From a virus (taxonomy: Duplodnaviria > Caudoviricetes): DNA of 54,482 nucleotides. The notes below the pieces were generated by a model, which had not been told where the DNA came from, made no database searches, and worked only from the letters and a program-made list of their open reading frames with translations. The translations under genes and the position numbers were made by a program. Below, piece by piece: positions 46,045-53,991 of the stretch. Positions within the stretch are counted from its first letter, which is position 1; each line of letters begins with the position of its first letter. The stretch lies in IMG/VR virus record IMGVR_UViG_3300025066_000035, positions 1 to 54,482 of that record, one strand, 5' to 3'.

Positions 46045-46919
46045 AGCTCGTCCTCTCCACTCAAGTTTACGAATGCTTGCTGCAGGCGCTGTTCGTCTAT
46101 ATCGCCAGGCTCAATTCCTACAGCGCTGGCAAGACTCTCTTCGAGAGTAGTAAGCGGTGAGGCTTCGCTGACAACACCAACACTACCGTAAAACAGATCT
46201 CGCATTAGTGCATCATGTTCTTGCAGGTCTACCGTATCAGTGCTCGGAGGGATGATTGCGTCGTCAATACTGAAGTAAGACAGAGGCTTGTAGTCATGGG
46301 CGATGAAGGAGAAGGTGATCTCTGTAACGATGTCTTGAACAGAAGTCACGTGTCCCTCATCAAGAAACTCCATGCCGACAATCATTGCTCCAGCACCTTC
46401 AGCATGTTCGCTGATACTACTGAGTGATGGGTCGCTATTGTAGTCTCTAAATGGTGCGCCTGCCTCGGAGACAAACTGAAGGGCAACGTTGAATGGAGGC
46501 AGCAGTGTAGCTAGCCGGTTGTTGTAGGAATAGTTGTTGAACAGCGTTCCTACACCAGTCCTGTGGCGGTCAAGAGACCAGCCCGGAGTTGGCTCTCTGT
46601 AGCCACCCCGGACGAAAGCTTCATCGTATTGCTCGTGCAATGCTCTTAGCGGGTGGTCGTTGATAACCGTCATAATCAGAGACCCAGCGATAGTTCTGAC
46701 TCCACGAGAGAGACCTCTGATCCCCCTGTGACCCAGAGCGCGTGCCTGACCTTTTGCCTCGTGCACTGAAACACTAAGGGTGTGAACAGACTCAAGCTGA
46801 CGAATAAGGTGTGGGGTTTGTTGAAACCAAACCAGTACCTTGGCGTCTGCTCCAGAGAAGGAATACTTATACTGTCGGCCGGTCGCAGTATTGACCGGCT
46901 GCTTTTTGAAGATGCCCAT
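46041..46919 (-). CDS. Tail tube-fold protein (tube initiator-like paralogue)
   Basis: SFSGAD, RGVRTIAGSLI, LPPFN, EITFSFIA. Start moved from GTG 46925 to ATG 46919 because GAGGAG lies 5 nt upstream of the ATG. Confidence 0.72.
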   Translation of the reverse strand: MGIFKKQPVNTATGRQYKYSFSGADAKVLVWFQQTPHLIRQLESVHTLSVSVHEAKGQARALGHRGIRGLSRGVRTIAGSLIMTVINDHPLRALHEQYDEAFVRGGYREPTPGWSLDRHRTGVGTLFNNYSYNNRLATLLPPFNVALQFVSEAGAPFRDYNSDPSLSSISEHAEGAGAMIVGMEFLDEGHVTSVQDIVTEITFSFIAHDYKPLSYFSIDDAIIPPSTDTVDLQEHDALMRDLFYGSVGVVSEASPLTTLEESLASAVGIEPGDIDEQRLQQAFVNLSGEDEL

Positions 46920-46938
46920 GCGCACTCCTCAGAATGAA

Positions 46939-46970
46939 ATGACCAGGCCTCCCCGAAGAGACCTGGCCAT
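46939..46970 (-). terminator. Stem-loop after the tail tube gene (probable intrinsic terminator/attenuator)
   Basis: Minus strand ATGGCCAGGTCTC-TTCGGG-GAGGCCTGGTCAT, a 13-bp stem with two G-U pairs, followed by TTCATTCT. Confidence 0.65.
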
Positions 46971-47007
46971 AGTGTAGCAGGTAGAAGCCTGTTCGCGCTA
47001 TCTACAA

Positions 47008-47649
47008 TTACGCGGAGGTGAACGCACTGGTTAGGAAACCGTCCGAACTCACATCCCAGCTACCAAGCTTCTGCCAAGGCAGAATGGTGCGACAGACATA
47101 AGTCATTTGGTTCTCGATGACCATGTCATCGATTGAGAATCCAGAGCCTTCGTTAAGGATCTCTACACCGTAGATACGCATGGACGCAGCCTGACCATAC
47201 TCGTTCGCAGCGACGATAACGACGTCGAACGGTGGCAGCTGGTCTACATACCAAGCCTGTGAAGCTTGGTATGCATCAGACACGTTGGTGGGATCGAAAC
47301 TGAAAGACGGGTCGAGTGACGACAGATCGTTGTCTGTGGCGTCATTCAAGTCCGAGATGTTCGGATAGATCTCATCCTTATCAGCGATAAAGGTCATATC
47401 GCTGAAGGGCTCTCCGAAGAGAACGTGCTGGTCTAGCATCAGGGTGATGATGGTTCCGGCGATACCACGCTTGCCACGAGAGAACGAAAGAGGATCTACG
47501 CTTCCCATCACATAGATGGGTGCCTTCTCGCGCTGAACTGCGTAAGAAATAGCCTGTAGTTGTCCAATCGATTCGCCTCCGATGACTGCACGGATATCCA
47601 CACCGGAAAAGCTAGTGTAGGTACGACTAAGTTCTAGTGATGTTGACAT
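47008..47649 (-). CDS. Major tail tube protein
   Basis: 213 aa immediately after the sheath. SFSGVDI, EKAPIYVMG, RGKRGIAGT, DQLPPFD, IENQMTYVCR; followed by a hairpin, as expected for a high-copy protein. Confidence 0.82.
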   Translation of the reverse strand: MSTSLELSRTYTSFSGVDIRAVIGGESIGQLQAISYAVQREKAPIYVMGSVDPLSFSRGKRGIAGTIITLMLDQHVLFGEPFSDMTFIADKDEIYPNISDLNDATDNDLSSLDPSFSFDPTNVSDAYQASQAWYVDQLPPFDVVIVAANEYGQAASMRIYGVEILNEGSGFSIDDMVIENQMTYVCRTILPWQKLGSWDVSSDGFLTSAFTSA

Positions 47650-47670
47650 TGATTACTCCCTTTGCTCGAC

Positions 47671-50028
47671 TCAGAGCTCGGACTCGTCCGCGGCAAGGCT
47701 TGTTTCAACAGTGATGGACTCAATGCTGAATGGTGGGATCATGCGGAGCTTGATCTTGAGGCGTCCCATGATCTTGTCCTCACGACTGTATTCGATCCTG
47801 GCCTTTGCACCAAGGTGCATGCCACTACCCTGCTCGGACACGATGAACGCGTCGATTGCAGACTGGAGCGAAGCTAGGCGCTGAGCGCTGAAGTCCTTAC
47901 CGATGTAAGGTCTAGCCAGGTTTCGGATGCCGGCTAGCATACGATTCACGGAGCGAATTGTAGATAGGCGGGTGTAGTCAGAATCTGGATGAGCTGCTGT
48001 CTTAGCAGTGGTCAGAATCAGAGTACCGGAAGTGTCATCACGGCGAATGCCGATGATGCGCTGGCCAGCTAGATCATTGATCTGGGTACTGTGAACTCTT
48101 GTTGGAGACTGAGTCTTCTTCAAGATTCCGTTGATACCGATTGGCTCTTCGTTCTCGGGCATAACCGCCACCTTACCGAAGAAGGTGCCTGGGATCGCAC
48201 CGCGGTAGCTGGTGCCACCATCGTATGCGTTTGTCAGGATAGGCCAGTCGTAAGTCACGAAGACGTGCTTGCCTAGGTCAACAGCCTTACCGCCGGAGTC
48301 AGTGGCCTCGTCAGAGTCCTTGATTCCGTATGGCCAATCCGTACCATTAGGAAGACTTGCTCCCTTAGTCAGAATCAAACCACCGTAAGCGTAACCGTCA
48401 GAGCTGTTGCCACCATCGACTTCTGAGCTACGGTAACCTTCACTGGTCTTTGAGAAACCAGCGATCAGCTTGTGTCCCAGGACACCGCTTCCGTTGTCAG
48501 ATGGGCTGTCGATGTAAATGTCGGTGCCGTCATCAGTCAGGGTTGGTGCAACACCAATCCAGTCTGCGATCTTGGAGCGACTGTATCCCTCTGTCGGAGC
48601 CTTGAAGCTGAGAGCGCCAACCATGGTGCTCCAGTTTGTAGAGGCAACGTAGCAGAAAGTTGCGAGCTGGTGAGCGAAGTTGACTTCGCGTAGCTCGGCA
48701 TCTGCACCAGCAGTCCAAAGAGTGCTGACAGCAGTTGGGATGGTCTCGCCAGTTAGGTCCTGGTGGGTCAGAATTGCACCACCGGTACCGCCAGCCAAGT
48801 TGGTCTTGGCAAGTGCCAGAGCAACAGTAGCAGAAGCACTGGAGCTTTCACCCAGCAAGCTGCTAACGAGCACGCCACTACGAAGAGTCTTGGCGGCGAA
48901 GTCAGTTCCTAGCTGAGTCTCGACGTCACTGAGAGTGTCGGAAGTACCGTCAACTTCAATCCAGATATCGATACCGTGATCGGTCTCTGTGATCTCGACG
49001 TCTACTCCACCTGAACCAGTAGTGACGATTTCAACAGTTACGCCGTTGCCGCCCTTGCCGTTCTTGGAGGCGGTGATGACTAGGTCAGTCTGAATGGCGA
49101 GTGTTGCAGCTGCATCCACACCGTCGAAGTAATCCTCAACGTCGCTGATGTAGGTGAAGACTCTACCCTTGTAGCGGTATTCCCATGCGAAACCTAGTGC
49201 GTCTTCGGCAGAAGCAGCCTCAGGAACACCCTTCCAGAAGTAACCGTAGTTCTCTGGATCGGTGCTACCAGTACCGGCTGCGTCGAAGTTGGTGTCGTCA
49301 GTAACATTGATGTCATCCACATATACGTCTGTGGGAACAATCATGTCAGCGTCACGGTAATCGAGAAGATGGTAGGTTGCGTTAAGTGCAGCATAGCGCT
49401 CAGCACGGCTGACGGTGATGCCGTCAGTACCTTCGGTTGCTACAACTGAAGATGCTGTAGCAGTGCCATCGGCAGTGAAGTCGCCAGTAGCGACTGTGTC
49501 TAGTGCGTCAGCAGAGGGGATGTCGTCCTTGTCAAAGAGAGAGAACAGGTCAATGCCTGAGTCCTCAACAGTAACGATGCCTTCGTCGAGAACAAGAGTC
49601 TCGTCGGAATCGTATACCCACTCTTCGTCTGTAAGGTCGTAAACCATGTATCGGTTGCTGGAGCCATCGTTCTCAATGAAGAGCGCGTAGCGTCCAAGAA
49701 TGTCGTCGTCGCGATAGCTCGGAGTGACAGTCAGAGTGTTGGAATCGGAGTCGGTGAAGACCCAGTTTCCTTCCTGACCACCGCTTCTGATGATCGCAAG
49801 GTTGTCAGCGCCCTGAGCAACACACTCATGGACAGCACGAAGTACTTCAGTACCAGATCCGAACTCCTTCTCAGCGACAGCAATGTTAGAAACATTGTAG
49901 ATCTCGTTAGTTAGTCCAGATGAAGCTGGGCCAACGATAAGGATCTTGGGCTGAGAGGAAGCGCTTGGAATCTTAAATGCGCCGTCTAGGTATGTTGCCT
50001 TGACACCTGGAATGTTCTCGTAAGGCAT
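47671..50028 (-). CDS. Contractile tail sheath protein
   Basis: N-terminal IPGV and AEKEFGSG; C-terminal RLSTIRSVN...IRNLARPYIGK...IPPFSIESITV, as in sheath C-terminal domains. 785 aa. Confidence 0.9.
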   Translation of the reverse strand: MPYENIPGVKATYLDGAFKIPSASSQPKILIVGPASSGLTNEIYNVSNIAVAEKEFGSGTEVLRAVHECVAQGADNLAIIRSGGQEGNWVFTDSDSNTLTVTPSYRDDDILGRYALFIENDGSSNRYMVYDLTDEEWVYDSDETLVLDEGIVTVEDSGIDLFSLFDKDDIPSADALDTVATGDFTADGTATASSVVATEGTDGITVSRAERYAALNATYHLLDYRDADMIVPTDVYVDDINVTDDTNFDAAGTGSTDPENYGYFWKGVPEAASAEDALGFAWEYRYKGRVFTYISDVEDYFDGVDAAATLAIQTDLVITASKNGKGGNGVTVEIVTTGSGGVDVEITETDHGIDIWIEVDGTSDTLSDVETQLGTDFAAKTLRSGVLVSSLLGESSSASATVALALAKTNLAGGTGGAILTHQDLTGETIPTAVSTLWTAGADAELREVNFAHQLATFCYVASTNWSTMVGALSFKAPTEGYSRSKIADWIGVAPTLTDDGTDIYIDSPSDNGSGVLGHKLIAGFSKTSEGYRSSEVDGGNSSDGYAYGGLILTKGASLPNGTDWPYGIKDSDEATDSGGKAVDLGKHVFVTYDWPILTNAYDGGTSYRGAIPGTFFGKVAVMPENEEPIGINGILKKTQSPTRVHSTQINDLAGQRIIGIRRDDTSGTLILTTAKTAAHPDSDYTRLSTIRSVNRMLAGIRNLARPYIGKDFSAQRLASLQSAIDAFIVSEQGSGMHLGAKARIEYSREDKIMGRLKIKLRMIPPFSIESITVETSLAADESEL

Positions 50029-50043
50029 TTGGGGGACCTCCTA

Positions 50044-50835
50044 TTAGAAACCCTTAGTAAGCTCGTCGGAAGGTAGGCTTCCGATTTCAAAAGTGATGTG
50101 CTTGATTACAGGATCTGCTACAACTCGGAAGTCATAGAGCCTGACAAAAAACTGGAGCGGTCGGACGTAAAGCCCTTGACCACCTGTCGTAGTATACCAG
50201 TCGTTGATGCGCTTCTTAAAGTAGAAGCGATCTGCGCCCTGTACTTTCACGGCCCACGCATGAGAAGTGAAGAGATTCTCTAGCCATAGCGCACGCCGAT
50301 TAGCTAGCCGAGCACTCTTCGACCAGCATTGGAATTCAATGATGTGATCAAGTGGTCGGGCCTGAACCTCGACCCACTTGTTTGGGTATTTGGGAGAGCG
50401 AAGCTTGTAGTAGTACCGGAAACCCATTTGGGGTCTTCCGGTAGCTGACGTGTTCATCTTCGCAGGTTCCCTGCTGGTTAGTTTCCACGCGATAACTTCG
50501 TCGCCGAACCGAGAGAAGTCCTCCGCAGGATATTCTTCTACAAGCGTTACCTTCTCGTCGTCAACAATTCCGGCTCGGTCTTGCGCGTCATCTAGTAGTT
50601 CGCCTGCAACTTCAATGAAGCGAGGAAGAGTCATGGTCTGGCAATTACTGAGGAAGCGGGTAGGATCAAAGCTGAAGGGGCTTGTGATCTTGGTAGGCTT
50701 CTCATAGTCAGGATCGGAATTGACTGTGCTTCCCTTATAGCTATCCATGACCTCAACGGTCATGAAGCCATCGTCGTCCAATAGTTCTTGATTGACCTGC
50801 TCAATGATCTGACTTGTTGTGCTGTTGAGACTCAT
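50044..50835 (-). CDS. Tail terminator / tail completion protein
   Basis: DHIIEFQCWSKSARLANRRALWLE...RPLQFFVR pattern; immediately upstream of the sheath. Confidence 0.6.
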   Translation of the reverse strand: MSLNSTTSQIIEQVNQELLDDDGFMTVEVMDSYKGSTVNSDPDYEKPTKITSPFSFDPTRFLSNCQTMTLPRFIEVAGELLDDAQDRAGIVDDEKVTLVEEYPAEDFSRFGDEVIAWKLTSREPAKMNTSATGRPQMGFRYYYKLRSPKYPNKWVEVQARPLDHIIEFQCWSKSARLANRRALWLENLFTSHAWAVKVQGADRFYFKKRINDWYTTTGGQGLYVRPLQFFVRLYDFRVVADPVIKHITFEIGSLPSDELTKGF

Positions 50836-51431
50836 TGTGGGTTATCCGATCTGAGTGCGTCCTTCTCTCTACAGAAAGCGGCGATGAATTCTAGTCGGCC
50901 ATTATCCGCGCGGCGCTTTTGCAAAGTCTGGGGCTTGTAGATTGCTTCTCGAACATACGGTAGTTCAACGTCACCATCGTTATCAAGTTTTAGCTCGATG
51001 ACCTTGTCTCCGTACAGGATTGTAGTGTCGTAACGGAAGAAGAAGATTTTGTAATCTACTCGCACTTGGCCCGGAGCCATAGTGACATAACGGCGCACCA
51101 TGCCATTGTCAGCTCCAGCGTACATGCTGAAACCCCAAGCGTAGTTCTCATCCCACAGGTAGCCTTCTCCAAGACAGTAGCTGCAGTCGGGGTCTGGCTC
51201 GCGAGTAGTCTGTCCCGATTGGCATTCACACTCTGTAGGGTAGCCGTCGCTATCTCGGCGCATGTTTCTGATAAGCAGCATTTTTCCGTGCTTCGGACCA
51301 TTAGGGGTGCCGAATAGAATTTCATCCATCTCCGCACGCAAGTCTAGCTCAGCTCCATCAGTAGATGGAGCTGGAGACGCAGGTCTGCGACCTGGCTTCG
51401 AGCCAAACATTCCGGGACGACGGATGCCCAT
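50832..51431 (-). CDS. Head closure / neck protein with Cys4 zinc-binding motif
   Basis: CEC...CSYCLGEGY, then GDKVIE; neck-gene position. Confidence 0.6.
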   Translation of the reverse strand: MGIRRPGMFGSKPGRRPASPAPSTDGAELDLRAEMDEILFGTPNGPKHGKMLLIRNMRRDSDGYPTECECQSGQTTREPDPDCSYCLGEGYLWDENYAWGFSMYAGADNGMVRRYVTMAPGQVRVDYKIFFFRYDTTILYGDKVIELKLDNDGDVELPYVREAIYKPQTLQKRRADNGRLEFIAAFCREKDALRSDNPQ

Positions 51432-52474
51432 TACCTACCTCCTCTGCGTCGGTCATCAAAGCCGAACCTACCTCTACGCCTGCCTGCCTGTCGAACCTTT
51501 CTGTTAGAGCTAGGCTGTGGGTATCGAGTAGTTTCCGGACTGTCCCACAGGCGGCCTGTGAGGCGCCTGTCGGGATCAAGCCAACCCTTTACAGCCATTG
51601 TTGGAGAGAGCCCCTGTCCTGGAACAATGTTTCCTCCGGCGTTGACAACTCTCCACCATGCTTGCCTCTGCTCGCGAACCCAATCGTAGATTTCGTCAGG
51701 GATAGTTGTTACCGGTGCGCCGTCTGTAATACTGAGGTCACCCAGCGCCTTCTTCTTTCCCGCGGAGTATCCGGCTTCCTTGCCTTGGCCGGGAATCATC
51801 AAGCATCGCCATACGGCATCGAAGACGACGAACTTTGTGCGAGCTAGTTCAATGTTGCCGTATCCGGCAGGTGAATCGCCCTGGATGAAGTTAGCTTCCT
51901 TACTAGCTAGATGAGCCATCAGGGCCAGTGTGTCGTCTGGAATGTAGTCAATCCACCGACCCATTTCCAACCTGATGAGGTCAGGCGAAGCGTACAGGGG
52001 AGAATACGTAGTCGTGTAGTACAGGTCTGTGGCAGGCAGATACTCGTCGCCATCATCATTCGTAATGGTAGCAGCCAGCTCAATGATTACCATTGTATTG
52101 GGGCCAAGGTTCTGGCTTCTAGAAGTAAACCCAGTAGTAACCGTGAATCCAAAGTACTGATAGTCGTCAGTACTGTTGATTGTTCCGACCCAAAGGTCGT
52201 GCCAGCTTCCTGCATCGGCTCCAGAGGGAACAGTGTAGCTATAGGTGTAGTACCCTGTGCTGAGTCGCGTAGCGGCCAAAGGGCCCGCTAGCGCAGTTGT
52301 GTACACTTGGGCTTCAGCCTCTGCGAGGATTGTAGCAGTGTCAACATCTTCGTCGTAGATGTAGATGTTGGGAACAGCGTCTAGGTCGGTTAGGCAGCCA
52401 TCCGCATCAGTAAAAACCGCTCGCAGAATTAGCTCGTTTCCAGCTAGTGCAGCACCTCTATTTGAAACAGCCAT
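51431..52474 (-). CDS. Head-tail adaptor / neck protein with N-terminal Ig-like domain
   Basis: Beta-rich N-terminus (STGYYTYSYTVP...GSWHDLW), then PLYAS...KKALGDLSIT adaptor-like region; Arg-rich C-terminus. Confidence 0.6.
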   Translation of the reverse strand: MAVSNRGAALAGNELILRAVFTDADGCLTDLDAVPNIYIYDEDVDTATILAEAEAQVYTTALAGPLAATRLSTGYYTYSYTVPSGADAGSWHDLWVGTINSTDDYQYFGFTVTTGFTSRSQNLGPNTMVIIELAATITNDDGDEYLPATDLYYTTTYSPLYASPDLIRLEMGRWIDYIPDDTLALMAHLASKEANFIQGDSPAGYGNIELARTKFVVFDAVWRCLMIPGQGKEAGYSAGKKKALGDLSITDGAPVTTIPDEIYDWVREQRQAWWRVVNAGGNIVPGQGLSPTMAVKGWLDPDRRLTGRLWDSPETTRYPQPSSNRKVRQAGRRRGRFGFDDRRRGGR

Positions 52475-52482
52475 GGTCTACC

Positions 52483-53610
52483 TCAGTATCGAATGGTTAG
52501 TGTGTCGCCTGAAAGGGACAGGCTCTTTTCTAGCTCATACGGAGCCCAGGTTGTACCATAGTGCCCCTCAACAGGCGCAGCCCACAGCTTCACAGAGTCG
52601 TCTGTAATGGTTCCTGAAGCGACGTCGTCTGTGAAGACGACAGTGATGACTCTCTTGTCAGGGTCAATGTTGTAGCTTGCGTTCAGCGGGTCCATGTAGT
52701 CGACGTCGAATGGACTTGCATTCGTCGGCAGTACAGTCGCTGGAGCTGAGCTGGTCGCTGGAGTGCTCGGACTACTAGGAGCGTCTGTGTAGCTTCCGTC
52801 GTTCGTAGTGAATGACACAGAAGAACTGGTAGCCATGCGAGTCAGGGTCTCAACATTAGCAGTCCAGAGATCATCGACGACGAAGCTGCTACCAGTAAAT
52901 CGAATCTGGACACCCTTGCCCATGTTTCTGTAGCGTCTGTTAGTGATACGGTCGATAGTGGCACCGACTTCACCGTCACTGTCCCACCACCACTTGTACT
53001 CGGCGGTACCGATGTTACCTGCTGTGGTGATCTTTACGTTGAGTGTGTCATCACCCACGCCGTCGTCAATGTAGGGTCCGTAGAGGACGAGGTCGCCTGA
53101 CCCGGTATTTCCCGGGTCAGCTTCTGTATCGAAAACAGTCTTGGAAGCAGCACCGGTATCAGTACTGTCAGTGTCACCGTTGATGTACAGCGTGTACTCT
53201 GTGTCCGCAGCTAGAGTCGCTGCGAAATCAGGGTCAATAGTGATCTTGACCAAAGCCCCATAGCTGTTGGAGGCCTCGTCAGCTTCACTGGTGATCGTTA
53301 CAGGGCTACTGACTTCTGCATAGGTGACAGTGTCAGTGGTGTCCCAGTAGACGATTTCGAACTTCAAGGGCACATAGCCCTTGAATCCGGGGGACGACAG
53401 GAAGTACGGGTTGTTGCCCGTGTCCTGATCGATCCACATTGCAGAGTCTGGACCAGATGTCTGATCAGACTCTGAAGCAAACAGAACGATGGAGTCCTTA
53501 ACAGACTTCACATCAACACCGATATCGAACCACACCTTCAGGGTTTCACCAACCGGAATGCCGGTGTCACCATCAGCTGGATAAACTCTCTGAATTGTAG
53601 GCGCGGCCAT
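52483..53610 (-). CDS. Ig-like (Big_5/SbsA-type) domain virion protein
   Basis: PTIQRVYPADGDTGIPVGETLKVWFD at the N-terminus and a second repeat PLNASYNIDPDKRVITVVFTDDV, separated by a Ser/Thr/Pro linker. Confidence 0.72.
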   Translation of the reverse strand: MAAPTIQRVYPADGDTGIPVGETLKVWFDIGVDVKSVKDSIVLFASESDQTSGPDSAMWIDQDTGNNPYFLSSPGFKGYVPLKFEIVYWDTTDTVTYAEVSSPVTITSEADEASNSYGALVKITIDPDFAATLAADTEYTLYINGDTDSTDTGAASKTVFDTEADPGNTGSGDLVLYGPYIDDGVGDDTLNVKITTAGNIGTAEYKWWWDSDGEVGATIDRITNRRYRNMGKGVQIRFTGSSFVVDDLWTANVETLTRMATSSSVSFTTNDGSYTDAPSSPSTPATSSAPATVLPTNASPFDVDYMDPLNASYNIDPDKRVITVVFTDDVASGTITDDSVKLWAAPVEGHYGTTWAPYELEKSLSLSGDTLTIRY

Positions 53611-53614
53611 TCTA

Positions 53615-53896
53615 TCAGTCTCCCTTGATCTGCTTTAGGGTTTCAGTATCTACACCCAGGTCTAGCTGAATGCCAGTCTGGCCAACAGCAATAGTTCGCT
53701 CGGTATCCAGTTCGATTGTAGTTGTGGAATCTACAGCTTCTTGGACGATTACGGTATCTCCAAGCATGGTCTCTACTGCAAAGTCTGGATTGAACTTTTG
53801 CATGGAGACATCGCGCACCATGTCTTTCTTCTCAGCGCGCTTAAGGGCCTGGCCTACCAGATCCCAATCTTCTACTTCCTTCTTGAACCAAGACAT
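53615..53896 (-). CDS. Hypothetical protein
   Basis: 93-aa ORF with a strong AAAGGAG ribosome binding site upstream of the ATG. Confidence 0.7.
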   Translation of the reverse strand: MSWFKKEVEDWDLVGQALKRAEKKDMVRDVSMQKFNPDFAVETMLGDTVIVQEAVDSTTTIELDTERTIAVGQTGIQLDLGVDTETLKQIKGD

Positions 53897-53936
53897 AGTT
53901 TCTCCTTTGTCTATTCTACACGACTATAAGCACGAA

Positions 53937-53962
53937 GGGGAGTCCCCCGTAGAGGACTCCCC
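53937..53962 (-). terminator. Stem-loop after the major capsid gene (probable terminator or mRNA-stabilising hairpin)
   Basis: Minus strand GGGGAGTCCTC-TACG-GGGGACTCCCC, an 11-bp stem with a C(UACG)G tetraloop, followed by a weak U tract TTCGTGCTT. Confidence 0.72.
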
Positions 53963-53991
53963 AGGAAAGGTGCTCAAGCCCTATTCAGGAC

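Noticed and set aside
46971-46979. Extended -10-like TGCTACACT upstream of the second tube paralogue, and TAGAAT at about 53914-53919
   Set aside because: No matching -35 element and no clearly repeated motif between the two intergenic regions; too short to support a promoter call.
23092-50028. Extracellular contractile injection system, tailocin or T6SS interpretation
   Set aside because: A capsid gene and head-neck genes lie upstream in the same operon, so this is a complete phage morphogenesis module.
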